Notes under the pieces: model-generated | What the model was told of the DNA's origin: nothing | Seen by the model: only the letters and a program-made list of their open reading frames with translations | Databases searched by the model: none | In this document: one piece after another, positions 14,901 through 32,080 of the stretch | Position numbering within the stretch: the stretch's first letter is position 1 | Layout of the letters: every line of letters begins with the position of its first letter | Made by a program: the position numbers and the translations under genes | Assembly (NCBI GenBank): GCA_964016885.1 | Contig: OZ024740.1 | Span: 429,908,001 to 429,972,000, forward strand | Direction: 5' to 3' | Origin: Eledone cirrhosa | Lineage: Eukaryota | DNA: 64,000 bases

Positions 14901-17900
14901 TACTACCTATATCATTACTGTCATATTATTTTAAATAACAATTTAATATTACTACCTATATCATTACTGTTATATTATTCTAAATAACAACCTAATATTA
15001 CTACCTATATCATTACTGTTATATTATTCTAAATAACAACCTAATATTACTACCTATATCATTACTGTTATATTATTTTAAATAACAACCTAATATTACT
15101 ACCTATATCATTACTGTTATATTATTCTAAATAACAACCTAATATTACTACCTATATCATTACTGTTATATTATTCTAAATAACAACCTAATATTACAAC
15201 CTATATCATTACTGTTATATTATTCTGAATAACAACCTAATATTACAACCTATATCATTACTGTTATATTATTCTAAATAACAACATAATATTACAACCT
15301 ATATCATTACTGTTATATTATTCTAAATAACAACCTAATATTACTACCTATATCATTACTGTTATATTATTTTAAATAACCTAATATTACTACCTATATC
15401 ATTACTGTTATATTATTCTAAATAACAACCTGATATTACTACCTATATCATTACTGTTATATTATTCTAAATAACAACCTAATATTACTACCTATATCAT
15501 TACTGTTATATTATTCTAAATAACAACCTAATATTACTACCTATATCATTACTGTTATATTATTTTAAATAACAACCTAATATTACTACCTATATCATTA
15601 CTGTTATATTATTCTAAATAACAACCTAATATTAGTACCTATATGATTACTGTTGTATTATTCTAAATAACAACCTAATATTACAACCTATATCATTACT
15701 GTTATATTATTCTAAATAACAACCTAATATTACAACCTATATCATTACTGTTATATTATTCTAAATAACAACCTAATATTACAACCTATATCATTACTGT
15801 TATATTATTCTAAATAACAACCTAATATTACTACCTATATCATTACTGTTATATTATTCTAAATAACAACCTAATATTACTACCTATATCATTACTGTTA
15901 TATTATTTTAAATAACAATCTAATATTACTACCTATATCATTACTGTTATATTATTCTAAATAACAACCTAATATTACTACCTATATCATTACTGTTATA
16001 TTATTCTAAATAACAACCTAATATTACAAGCTATATCATTACTGTTATATTATTCTAAATAACAACCTAATATTACAACCTATATCATTACTGTTATATT
16101 ATTCTAAATAACAACCTAATATTACTTCCTATATCATTACTGTTATATTATTCTAAATAACAACCTAATATTACTACCTATATCATTACTGTTATATTAT
16201 TTTAAATAACCTAATATTACTACCTATATCATTACTGTTATATTATTCGAAATAACAACCTAATATTACTATCTATATCATTACTGTTATATTATTTTAA
16301 ATAACAACCTAAAATTACTACCTATATCATTACTGTTATATTATTCTAAATAACAACCTAATATTACTACCTATATCATTACTGTTATATTATTCTAAAT
16401 AACAACCTAATATTACTACCTATATCATTACTGTTATATTATTCTAAATAATAACCTAATATTACTACCTATATCATTACTGTTATATTATTTTAAATAA
16501 CAACCTAATATTACTACCTACATCATTACTGTCATATTATTCTAAATAACAATTTAATATTACTACCTATATCATTACTGTTATATTATTCTAAATAACA
16601 ACCTAATATTACTACCTATATCATTACTGTTATATTATTCTAAATAACAACCTAATATTACTACCTATATCATTACTGTTATATTATTTTAAATAACAAC
16701 CTAATATTACTACCTATATCATTGCTGTTATATTATTCTAAATAACAACCTAATATTACTACCTATATCATTACTGTTATATTATTCTAAATAACAACCT
16801 AATATTACAACCTATATCATTACTGTTATATTATTCTGAATAACAACCTAATATTACAACCTATATCATTACTGTTATATTATTCTAAGTAACAACATAA
16901 TATTACAACCTATATCATTACTGTTATATTATTCTAAATAACAACCTAATATTACTACCTATATCATTACTGTTATATTATTTTAAATAACCTAATATTA
17001 CTACCTATATCATTACTGTTATATTATTTTAAATAACCTAATATTACTACCTATATCATTACTGTTATATTATTCTCAATAACAACCTGATATTACTACC
17101 TATATCATTACTGTTATATTATTCTAAATAACAACCTAATATTACTACCTATATCATTACTGTTATATTATTCTAAATAACAACCTAATATTACTACCTA
17201 TATCATTACTGTTATATTATTTTAAATAACAACCTAATATTACTACCTATATCATTACTGTTATATTATTCTAAATAACAACCTAATATTAGTACCTATA
17301 TCATTACTGTTATATTATTCTAAATAACAACCTAATATTACAACCTATATCATTACTGTTATATTATTCTAAATAACAACCTAATATTACAACCTATATC
17401 ATTACTGTTATATTATTCTAAATAACAACCTAATATTACAACCTATATCATTACTGTTATATTATTCTAAATAACAACCTAATATTACTACCTATATCAT
17501 TACTGTTATATTATTCTAAATAACAACCTAATATTACTACCTATATCATTACTGTTATATTATTTAAATAACAATCTAATATTACTACCTATATCATTAC
17601 TGTATAATTATTCTAAATAACAACCTAATATTACTACCTATATCATTACTGTTATATTATTCTAAATAACAACCTAATATTACAAGCTATATCATTACTG
17701 TTATATTATTCTAAATAACAACCTAATATTACAACCTATATCATTACTGTTATATTATTCTAAATAACAACCTAATATTACTTCCTATATCATTACTGTT
17801 ATATTATTCTAAATAACAACCTAATATTACTACCTATATCATTACTGTTATATTATTTTAAATAACCTAATATTACTACCTATATCATTACTGTTATATT

Positions 17901-20900
17901 ATTCTAAATAACAACCTAATATTACTACCTATATAATTACTGTTATATAATTTTAAATAACAACCTAATATTACTACCTATATCATTACTGTTATATTAT
18001 TCTAAATAAAAACATAATATTACAACCTATATCATTACTGTTATATTATTCTAAATAACAACCTAATATTACAACCTATATCATTACTGTTATATTATTC
18101 TAAATAACAACCTAATATTAGTACCTATATCATTACTGTTATATTATTCTAAATAACAACCTAATATTACAACCTATATCATTACTGTTATATTATTCTA
18201 AATAACAACCTAATATTACAACCTATATCATTACTGTTATATTATTCTAAATAACAACCTAATATTACAACCTATATCATTACTGTTATATTATTCTAAA
18301 TAATAACCTAATATTACTACCTATATCATTACTGTTATATTATTCTAAATAACAACCTAATATTACTACCTATATCATTACTGTTATATTATTCTAAATA
18401 ACAACCTAATATTACTACCTATATCATTACTGTTATATTATTCTAAATAAAAACCTAATATTACTACCTATATCATTACTGTTATATTATTTTAAATAAC
18501 AACCTAATATTACTACCTATATCATTACTGTTATATTATTCAAAATAACAACCTAATATTACTACCTATATCATTACTGTTATATTATTCTAAATAACAA
18601 CCTAATATTACTACCTATATCATTACTGTTATATTATTTAAATAACAACCTAATATTACTACCTATATCATTACTGTTATATTATTCTAAATAACAACCT
18701 AATATTACTACCTATATCATTACTGTTATATTATTCTAAATAACAACCTAATATTACTTCCTATATCATTACTGTTATATTATTCTAAATAACAACCTAA
18801 TATTACTACCTATATCATTACTGTTATATTATTTTAAATAACCTAATATTACTACCTATATCATTACTGTTATATTATTCGAAATAACAACCTAATATTA
18901 CTACCTATATCATTACTGTTATATTATTCTAAATAACAACCTAATATTACTACCTATATCATTACTGTTATATTATTCTAAATAACAACCTAATATTACA
19001 AGCTATATCATTACTGTTATATTATTCTAAATAACAACCTAATATTACAACCTATATCATTACTGTTATATTATTCTAAATAACAACCTAATATTACTTC
19101 CTATATCATTACTGTTATATTATTCTAAATAACAACCTAATATTACTACCTATATCATTACTGTTATATTATTTAAAATAACCTAATATTACTACCTATA
19201 TCATTACTGTTATATTATTCGAAATAACAACCTAATATTACTATCTATATCATTACTGTTATATTATTTTAAATAACAACCTAAAATTACTACCTATATC
19301 ATTACTGTTATTTTATTCTAAATAACAACCTAATATTACTACCTATATTATTACTGTTATATTATTCTAAATAACAACCTAATATTACTACCTATATCAT
19401 TACTGTTATATTATTTTAAATAACAACCTAATATTACTACCTATATCATTACTGTTATATTATTCTAAATAACAACCTAATATTACTACCTATATCATTA
19501 CTGTTATATTATTCTAAATAACAACCTAATATTACTACCTATATCATTACTGTTATATTATTCTAAATAACAACCTAATATTACTACCTATATCATTACT
19601 GTTATATTATTCTAAATAACAACCTAATATTACTACCTATATAATTACTGTTATATAATTTTAAATAACAACCTAATATTACTACCTATATCATTACTGT
19701 TATATTATTCTAAATAACAACCTAATATTACAACCTATATCATTACTGTTATATTATTCTAAATAACAACCTAATATTACAACCTATATCATTACTGTTA
19801 TATTATTCTAAATAACAACCTAATATTACAACCTATATCATTACTGTTATATTATTCTAAATAACAACCTAATATTACTACCTATATCATTACTGTTATA
19901 TTATTTTAAATAACAACCTAATATAACTACCTATATCATTACTGTTATATTATTCTAAATAACAACCTAATATTACTACCTATATCATTACTGTTATATT
20001 ATTCTAAATAATAACCTAATATTACTACCTATATCATTACTGTTATATTATTCTAAATAACAACCTAATATTACTACCTATATCATTACTGTTATATTAT
20101 TCTAAATAACAACCTAATATTACTACCTATATCATTACTGTTATATTATTTTAAATAACAACCTAATATTACTACCTATATCATTACTGTTATATTATTA
20201 TAAATAACAACCTAATATTACTACCTATATCATTACTGTTATATTATTCTAAATAACAACCTAATAGTACTACCTATATCATTACTGTTATATTATTCTA
20301 AATAAAAACCTAATATTACTACCTATATCATTACTGTTATATTATTTTAAATAACAACCTAATATTACTACCTATATCATTACTGTTATATTATTCAAAA
20401 TAACAACCTAATATTACTACCTATATCATTACTGTTATATTATTCTAAATAACAACCTAATATTACAACCTATATCATTACTGTTATATTATTTTAAATA
20501 ACAACCTAATAGTACTACCTATATCATTACTGTTATATTATTCTAAATAACAACCTAATATTACTACCTATATCATTACTGTTATAATATTCTAAATAAC
20601 AACCTAATATTACTACCTATATCATTACTGTTATATTATTCTAAATAATAACCTAATATTACTACCTATATCATTACTGTTATATTATTTTAAATAACAA
20701 CCTAATATTACTACCTATATCATTACTGTCATATTATTCTAAATAACAATTTAATATTACTACCTATATCATTACTGTTATATTATTCTAAATAACAACC
20801 TAATATTACTACCTATATCATTACTGTTATATTATTCTAAATAACAACCTAATATTACTACCTATATCATTACTGTTATATTATTTTAAATAACAACCTA

Positions 20901-23900
20901 ATATTACTACCTATATCATTACTGTTATATTATTCTAAATAACAACCTAATATTACTACCTATATCATTACTGTTATATTATTCTAAATAACAACCTAAT
21001 ATTACAACCTATATCATTACTGTTATATTATTCTGAATAACAACCTAATATTACAACCTATATCATTACTGTTATATTATTCTAAATAACAACATAATAT
21101 TACAACCTATATCATTACTGTTATATTATTCTAAATAACAACCTAATATTACTACCTATATCATTACTGTTATATTATTTTAAATAACCTAATATTACTA
21201 CCTATATCATTACTGTTATATTATTCTAAATAACAACCTGATATTACAACCTATATCATTACTGTTATATTATTCTAAATAACAACCTAATATTACTACC
21301 TATATCATTACTGTTATATTATTCTAAATAACAACCTAATATTACTACCTATATCATTACTGTTATATTATTTTAAATAACAACCTAATATTACTACCTA
21401 TATCATTACTGTTATATTATTCTAAATAACAACCTAATATTAGTACCTATATCATTACTGTTAGATTATTCTAAATAACAACCTAATATTACAACCTATA
21501 TCATTACTGTTATATTATTCTAAATAACAACCTAATATTACAACCTATATCATTACTGTTATATTATTCTAAATAACAACCTAATATTACAACCTATATC
21601 ATTACTGTTATATTATTCTACATAACAAACCTAATATTACAACCTATATCATTACTGTTATATTATATTAAATAACAACCTAATATTACTACCTATATCA
21701 TTACTGTTATATTATTCTAAATAACAACCTAATATTACAACCTATATCATTACTGTTATATATTCTAAATAATAACCTAATATTACTACCTATATCATTA
21801 CTGTTATATTATTCTAAATAACAACCTAATATTACTACCTATATCATTACTGTTATATTATTCTAAACAACAACCTAATATTACTACCTATATCATTACT
21901 GTTATATTATTCTACATAACAACCTAATATTACAACCTATATCATTACTGTTATATTATATTAAATAACAACCTAATATTACTACCTATATCATTACTGT
22001 TATATTATTCTAAATAACAACCTAATATTACTACCTATATCATTACTGGTATATTATTCTAAATAACAACCTAATATTACTACCTATATCATTACTGTTA
22101 TAATATTCTAAATAACGACCTAATATTACTACCTATATCATTACTGTTATATTATTTTAAATAACAACCTAATATTACTACCTATATCATTACTGTTATA
22201 TTATTCTAAATAACAACCTAATATTACTATCTATATCATTACTGTTATATTATTCTAAATAACAACCTAATATTACAACCTATATCATTACTGTTATATT
22301 ATTCTAAATAACAACCTAATTTTACAACCTATATCATTACTGTTATATTATTCTAAATAACAACCTAATATTACTGCCTATATCATTACTGTTATATTAT
22401 TCTAAATAACAACCTAATATTACTACCTATATCATTACTGTTCTATTATTCTAAATAACAACGTAATATTACTACCTATATCATTACTGTTATATTATTC
22501 GAAATAACAACCTAATATTACTACCTATATCATTACTGTTATATTATTCGAAACAACAACCTAATATTACTACCTATATCATTACTGTTATATTATTTCA
22601 AATAACAACCTAAAATTACTACCTATATCATTACTGTTATATTATTCTAAATAACAACCTAATATTACTACCTATATTATTACTGTTATATTATTCTAAA
22701 TAACAACCTAATATTACTACCTATATCATTACTGTTATATTATTTTAAATAACAACCTAATATTACTACCTATATCATTACTGTTATATTATTTTAAATA
22801 ACAATCTAATATTACTACCTATATCATTACTGTATAATTATTCTAAATAACAACCTAATATTACTACCTATATCATTACTGTTATATTATTCTAAATAAC
22901 AACCTAATATTACAAGCTATATCATTACTGTTATATTATTCTAAATAACAACCTAATATTACAACCTATATCATTACTGTTATATTATTCTAAATAACAA
23001 CCTAATATTACTTCCTATATCATTACTGTTATATTATTCTAAATAACAACCTAATATTACTACCTATATCATTACTGTTATATTATTTTAAATAACCTAA
23101 TATTACTACCTATATCATTACTGTTATATTATTCTAAATAACAACCTAATATTACTACCTATATAATTACTGTTATATAATTTTAAATAACAACCTAATA
23201 TTACTACCTATATCATTACTGTTATATTATTCTAAATAACAACATAATATTACAACCTATATCATTACTGTTATATTATTCTAAATAACAACCTAATATT
23301 ACAACCTATATCATTACTGTTATATTATTCTAAATAACAACCTAATATTAGTACCTATATCATTACTGTTATATTATTCTAAATAACAACCTAATATTAC
23401 AACCTATATCATTACTGTTATATTATTCTAAATAACAACCTAATATTACAACCTATATCATTACTGTTATATTATTCTAAATAACAACCTAATATTACAA
23501 CCTATATCATTACTGTTATATTATTCTAAATAATAACCTAATATTACTACCTATATCATTACTGTTATATTATTCTAAATAACAACCTAATATTACTACC
23601 TATATCATTACTGTTATATTATTCTAAATAACAACCTAATATTACTACCTATATCATTACTGTTATATTATTTTAAATAACAACCTAATATTACTACCTA
23701 TATCATTACTGTTATATTATTATAAATAACAACCTAATATTACTACCTATATCATTACTGTTATATTATTCTAAATAACAACCTAATATTACTACCTATA
23801 TCATTACTGTTATATTATTCTTAATAAAAACCTAATATTACTACCTATATCATTACTGTTATATTATTTTAAATAACAACCTAATATTACTACCTATATC

Positions 23901-26119
23901 ATTACTGTTATATTATTCAAAATAACAACCTAATATTACTACCTATATCATTACTGTTATATTATTCTAAATAACAACCTAATATTACTACCTATATCAT
24001 TACTGTTATATTATTTTAAATAACAACCTAATATTACTAACTATATCATTACTGTTATATTATTCTAAATAACAACCTAATATTACTACCTATATCATTA
24101 CTGTTATATTATTCTAAATAACAACCTAATATTACTTCCTATATCATTACTGTTATATTATTCTAAATAACAACCTAATATTACTACCTATATCATTACT
24201 GTTATATTATTTTAAATAACCTAATATTACTACCTATATCATTACTGTTATATTATTCGAAATAACAACCTAATATTACTACCTATATCATTACTGTTAT
24301 ATTATTCTAAATAACAACCTAATATTACTACCTATATCATTACTGTTATATTATTCTAAATAACAACCTAATATTACAAGCTATATCATTACTGTTATAT
24401 TATTCTAAATAACAACCTAATATTACAACCTATATCATTACTGTTATATTATTCTAAATAACAACCTAATATTACTACCTATATTATTACTGTTATATTA
24501 TTCTAAATAACAACCTAATATTACTACCTATATCATTACTGTTATATTATTTTAAATAACCTAATATTACTACCTATATCATTACTGTTATATTATTCTA
24601 AATAACAACCTAATATTACTACCTATATCATTACTGTTATATTATTCTAAATAACAACCTAATATTACTACCTATATCATTACTGTTATATTATTCTAAA
24701 TAACAACCTAATATTACTACCTATATCATTACTGTTATATTATTCTAAATAACAACCTAATATTACTACCTATATAATTACTGTTATATAATTTTAAATA
24801 ACAACCTAATATTACTACCTATATCATTACTGTTATATTATTCTAAATAACAACCTAATATTACAACCTATATCATTACTGTTATATTATTCTAAATAAC
24901 AACCTAATATTACAACCTATATCATTACTGTTATATTATTCTAAATAACAACCTAATATTACAACCTATATCATTACTGTTATATTATTCTAAATAACAA
25001 CCTAATATTACTACCTATATCATTACTGTTATATTATTTTAAATAACAACCTAATATAACTACCTATATCATTACTGTTATATTATTCTAAATAACAACC
25101 TAATATTACTACCTATATCATTACTGTTATATTATTCTAAATAATAACCTAATATTACTACCTATATCATTACTGTTATATTATTCTAAATAACAACCTA
25201 ATATTACTACCTATATCATTACTGTTATATTATTCTAAATAACAACCTAATATTACTACCTATATCATTACTGTTATATTATTTTAAATAACAACCTAAT
25301 ATTACTACCTATATCATTACTGTTATATTATTATAAATAACAACCTAATATTACTACCTATTTCATTACTGTTATATTATTCTAAATAACAACCTAATAT
25401 TACTACCTATATCATTACTGTTATATTATTCTAAATAAAAACCTAATATTACTACCTATATCATTACTGTTATATTATTTTAAATAACAACCTAATATTA
25501 CTACCTATATCATTACTGTTATATTATTCAAAATAACAACCTAATATTACTACCTATATCATTACTGTTATATTATTCTAAATAACAACCTAATATTACT
25601 ACCTATATCATTACTGTTATATTATTTTAAATAACAACCTAATATTACTACCTATATCATTACTGTTATATTATTCTAAATAACAACCTAATATTACTAC
25701 CTATATCATTACTGTTATATTATTCTAAATAACAACCTAATATTACTACCTATATCATTACTGTTATATTATTCTAAATAATAACCTAATATTACTACCT
25801 ATATCATTACTGTTATATTATTTTAAATAACAACCTAATATTACTACCTATATCATTACTGTCATATTATTCTAAATAAAAATTTAATATTACTACCTAT
25901 ATCATTACTGTTATATTATTCTAAATAACAACCTAATATTACTACCTATATCATTACTGTTATATTATTCTAAATAACAACCTAATATTACTACCTATAT
26001 CATTACTGTTATATTATTTTAAATAACAACCTAATATTACTACCTATATCATTACTGTTATATTATTCTAAATAACAACCTAATATTACTACCTATATCA
26101 TTACTGTTATATTATTCTA

Positions 26120-29100
26120 AATAACAACCTAATATTACAACCTATATCATTACTGTTATATTATTCTGAATAACAACCTAATATTACAACCTATATCATT
26201 ACTGTTATATTATTCTAAATAACAACATAATATTACAACCTATATCATTACTGTTATATTATTCTAAATAACAACCTAATATTACTACCTATATCATTAC
26301 TGTTATATTATTTTAAATAACCTAATATTACTACCTATATCATTACTGTTATATTATTCTAAATAACAACCTGATATTACTACCTATATCATTACTGTTA
26401 TATTATTCTAAATAACAACCTAATATTACTACCTATATCATTACTGTTATATTATTCTAAATAACAACCTAATATTACTACCTATATCATTACTGTTATA
26501 TTATTTTAAATAACAACCTAATATTACTACCTATATCATTACTGTTATATTATTCTAAATAACAACCTAATATTAGTACCTATATCATTACTGTTAGATT
26601 ATTCTAAATAACAACCTAATATTACAACCTATATCATTACTGTTATATTATTCTAAATAACAACCTAATATTACAACCTATATCATTACTGTTATATTAT
26701 TCTAAATAACAACCTAATATTACAACCTATATCATTACTGTTATATTATTCTAAATAACAACCTAATATTACTACCTATATCATTACTGTTATATTATTT
26801 TAAATAACAACCTAATATTACTACCTATATCATTACTGTTCTATTATTCTAAATAACAACGTAATATTACTACCTATATCATTACTGTTATATTATTCGA
26901 AATAACAACCTAATATTACTACCTATATCATTACTGTTATATTATTCGAAACAACAACCTAATATTACTACCTATATCATTACTGTTATATTATTTCAAA
27001 TAACAACCTAAAATTACTACCTATATCATTACTGTTATATTATTCTAAATAACAACCTAATATTACTACCTATATTATTACTGTTATATTATTCTAAATA
27101 ACAACCTAATATTACTACCTATATCATTACTGTTATATTATTTTAAATAACAACCTAATATTACTACCTATATCATTACTGTTATATTATTCTAAATAAC
27201 AACCTAATATTGCTACCTATATCATTACTGTTATATTATTCTAAATAACAACCTAATATTACTACCTATATCATTACTGTTATATTATTCTAAATAACAA
27301 CCTAATATTACTACCTATATCATTACTGTTATATTATTCTAAATAATAACCTAATATTACTACCTATATCATTACAGTTATGTTATTCTAAATAACAACC
27401 TAATATTACTACCTATATCATTACTGTTATATTATTCTAAACAACAACCTAATATTACTACCTATATCATTACTGTTATATTATTCTAAATAACAACCTA
27501 ATATTACTACCTATATCATTACTGTTATATTATTCTAAACAACAACCTAATATTACTACCTATATCATTACTGTTATATTATTCTAAATAACAACCTAAT
27601 ATTACTACCTATATCATTACTGTTATATTATTCTAAACAACAACCTAATATTACTACCTATATCATTACTGTTATATTATTCTAAATAACAACCTAATAT
27701 TACAACCTATATCATTACTGTTATATTATTCTGAATAACAACCTAATATTACAACCTATATCATTACTGTTATATTATTCTAAATAACAACATAATATTA
27801 CAACCTATATCATTACTGTTATATTATTCTAAATAACAACCTAATATTACTACCTATATCATTACTGTTATATTATTTTAAATAACCTAATATTACTACC
27901 TATATCATTACTGTTATATTATTCTAAATAACAACCTGATATTACTACCTATATCATTACTGTTATATTATTCTAAATAACAACCTAATATTACTACCTA
28001 TATCATTACTGTTATATTATTCTAAATAACAACCTAATATTACTACCTATATCATTACTGTTATATTATTTTAAATAACAACCTAATATTACTACCTATA
28101 TCATTACTGTTATATTATTCTAAATAACAACCTAATATTAGTACCTATATCATTACTGTTAGATTATTCTAAATAACAACCTAATATTACAACCTATATC
28201 ATTACTGTTATATTATTCTAAATAACAACCTAATATTACAACCTATATCATTACTGTTATATTATTCTAAATAACAACCTAATATTACAACCTATATCAT
28301 TACTGTTATATTATTCTAAATAACAACCTAATATTACTACCTATATCATTACTGTTATATTATTTTAAATAACAACCTAATATTACTACCTATATCATTA
28401 CTGTTCTATTATTCTAAATAACAACGTAATATTACTACCTATATCATTACTGTTATATTATTCGAAATAACAACCTAATATTACTACCTATATCATTACT
28501 GTTATATTATTCGAAACAACAACCTAATATTACTACCTATATCATTACTGTTATATTATTTCAAATAACAACCTAAAATTACTACCTATATCATTACTGT
28601 TATATTATTCTAAATAACAACCTAATATTACTACCTATATTATTACTGTTATATTATTCTAAATAACAACCTAATATTACTACCTATATCATTACTGTTA
28701 TATTATTTTAAATAACAACCTAATATTACTACCTATATCATTACTGTTATATTATTCTAAATAACAACCTAATATTGCTACCTATATCATTACTGTTATA
28801 TTATTCTAAATAACAACCTAATATTACTACCTATATCATTACTGTTATATTATTCTAAATAACAACCTAATATTACTACCTATATCATTACTGTTATATT
28901 ATTCTAAATAATAACCTAATATTACTACCTATATCATTACAGTTATGTTATTCTAAATAACAACCTAATATTACTACCTATATCATTACTGTTATATTAT
29001 TCTAAACAACAACCTAATATTACTACCTATATCATTACTGTTATATTATTCTAAATAACAACCTAATATTACTACCTATATCATTACTGTTATATTATTC

Positions 29101-29190
29101 TAAACAACAACCTAATATTACTACCTATATCATTACTGTTATATTATTCTAAATAACAACCTAATATTACTACCTATATCATTACTGTTA
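26120..29190. repeat. Tandem duplication, period 1,565 bp (32 monomers, one of them 46 bp); boundaries approximate
   Basis: Variant pairs 26168/27733 (CTGAAT), 26597/28162 (TTAGATT) and 27376/28941 (ACAGTTATG). Confidence 0.9.
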
Positions 29191-31139
29191 TATTATTTTA
29201 AATAACAACCTAATATTACTACCTATATCATTACTGTTATATTATTCTAAATAACAACCTAATATTACTACCTATATCATTACTGTTATATTATTCTAAA
29301 TAATAACCTAATATTACTACCTATATCATTACTGTTATATTATTCTAAATAACAACCTAATATTACTACCTATATCATTACTGTTATATTATTCTAAATA
29401 ACAACCTAATATTACTACCTATATCATTACTGCTATATTATTTTAAATAACAACCTAATATTACTAGCTATATCATTACTGTTATATTATTATAAATAAC
29501 AACCTAATATTACTACCTATATCATTACTGTTATATTATTCTAAATAACAACCTAATATTACTACCTATATCATTACTGTTATATTATTCTAAATAACAA
29601 CCTAATATTACTACCTATATCATTACTGTTATATTATTCTAAATAATAACCTAATATTACTACCTATATCATTACTGTTATATTATTTTAAATAACAACC
29701 TAATATTACTACCTATATCATTACTGTTATATTATTCTAAATAACAACCTAATATTACTACCTATATCATTACTGTTATATTATTCTAAATAACAACCTA
29801 ATATTACAACCTATATCATTACTGTTATATTATTCTAAATAACAACCTAATATTACAACCTATATCATTACTGTTATATTATTCTAAATAACAACATAAT
29901 ATTACAACCTATATAATACTGTTATATTATTCTAAATAACAACCTAATATTACTACCTATATCATTACTGTTATATTATTTTAAATAACCTAATATTACT
30001 ACCTATATCATTACTGTTATATTATTCTAAATAACAACCTAATATTACTACCTATATCATTACTCTTATATTATTCTAAATAACAACCTAATATTACTAC
30101 CTATATCATTACTGTTATATTATTCTAAATAACAACCTAATATTACTACCTATATAATTACTGTTATATTATTTTAAATAACAACCTAATATTACTACCT
30201 ATATCATTACTGTTATATTATTCTAAATAACAACCTAATATTACTACCTATATCATTACTGTTATATTATTCTAAATAACAACCTAATATTACAACCTAT
30301 ATCATTACTGTTATATTATTCTAAATAACAACCTAATATTACAACCTATATCATTACTGTTATATTATTCTAAATAACAACCTAATATTACTACCTATAT
30401 CATTACTGTTATATTATTCAAAATAACAACCAAATATTACTACCTATATCATTACTGTTATATTATTCTAAATAACAACCTAATATTACTACCTATATTA
30501 TTACTGTTATATTATTCTAAATAACAACCTAATATTACTACCTATATCATTACTGTTATATTATTTTAAATAACAACCTAATATTACTACCTATATCATT
30601 ACTGTTATATTATTCTAAATAACAACCTAATATTACTACCTATATCATTACTGTTATATTATTCTAAATAACAACCTAATATTACTACCTATATCATTAC
30701 TGTTATATTATTCTAAATAACAACCTAATATTACTACCTATATCATTACTGTTATATTATTCTAAATAATAACCTAATATTACTACCTATATCATTACTG
30801 TTATATTATTCTAAATAACAACCTAATATTACTACCTATATCATTACTGTTATATTATTCTAAACAACAACCTAATATTACTACCTATATCATTACTGTT
30901 ATATTATTCTAAATAACAACCTAATATTACTACCTATATCATTACTGTTATATTATTCTAAACAACAACCTAATATTACTACCTATATCATTACTGTTAT
31001 ATTATTCTAAACAACAACCTAATATTACTACCTATATCATTACTGTTATATTATTCTAAATAACAACCTAATATTACTACCTATATCATTACTGTTATAT
31101 TATTCTAAACAACAACCTAATATTACTACATATATCATT

Positions 31140-32080
31140 ACTGTTATATTATTCTAAATAACAACCTAATATTACTACCTATATCATTACTGTTATATTA
31201 TTTTAAACAACAACCTAATATTACTACTTATATCATTACTGTTACATTATTCTACATAACAACCTAATATTACTACCTATATCATTACTGTTATATTATA
31301 TTAAATAACAACCTAATATTACTACCTATATCATTACTGTTATATTATTCTAAATAACAACCTAATATTACTACCTATATCATTACTGGTATATTATTCT
31401 AAATAACAACCTAATATTACTACCTATATCATTACTGTTATAATATTCTAAATAACAACCTAATATTACTACCTATATCATTACTGTTATATTATTTTAA
31501 ATAACAACCTAATATTACTACCTATATTATTACTGTTATATTATTCTAAATAACAACCTAATATTACTACCTATATCATTACTGTTATATTATTCTAAAC
31601 AACAACCTAATATTACTACCTATATCATTACTGTTATATTATTCTAAATAACAACCTAATATTACTACCTATATCATTACTGTTATATTATTTTAAACAA
31701 CAACCTAATATTACTACTTATATCATTACTGTTACATTATTCTACATAACAACCTAATATTACTACCTATATCATTACTGTTATATTATATTAAATAACA
31801 ACCTAATATTACTACCTATATCATTACTGTTATATTATTCTAAATAACAACCTAATATTACTACCTATATCATTACTGGTATATTATTCTAAATAACAAC
31901 CTAATATTACTACCTATATCATTACTGTTATAATATTCTAAATAACAACCTAATATTACTACCTATATCATTACTGTTATATTATTTTAAATAACAACCT
32001 AATATTACTACCTATATTATTACTGTTATATTATTCTAAATAACAACCTAATATTACTACCTATATCATTACTGTTATAT
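31140..32080. repeat. Tandem duplication, period 490 bp (10 monomers); boundaries approximate
   Basis: TACTTA variant at 31228/31718 and GGT variant at 31389/31879, with intervening variants in the same order. Confidence 0.85.
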
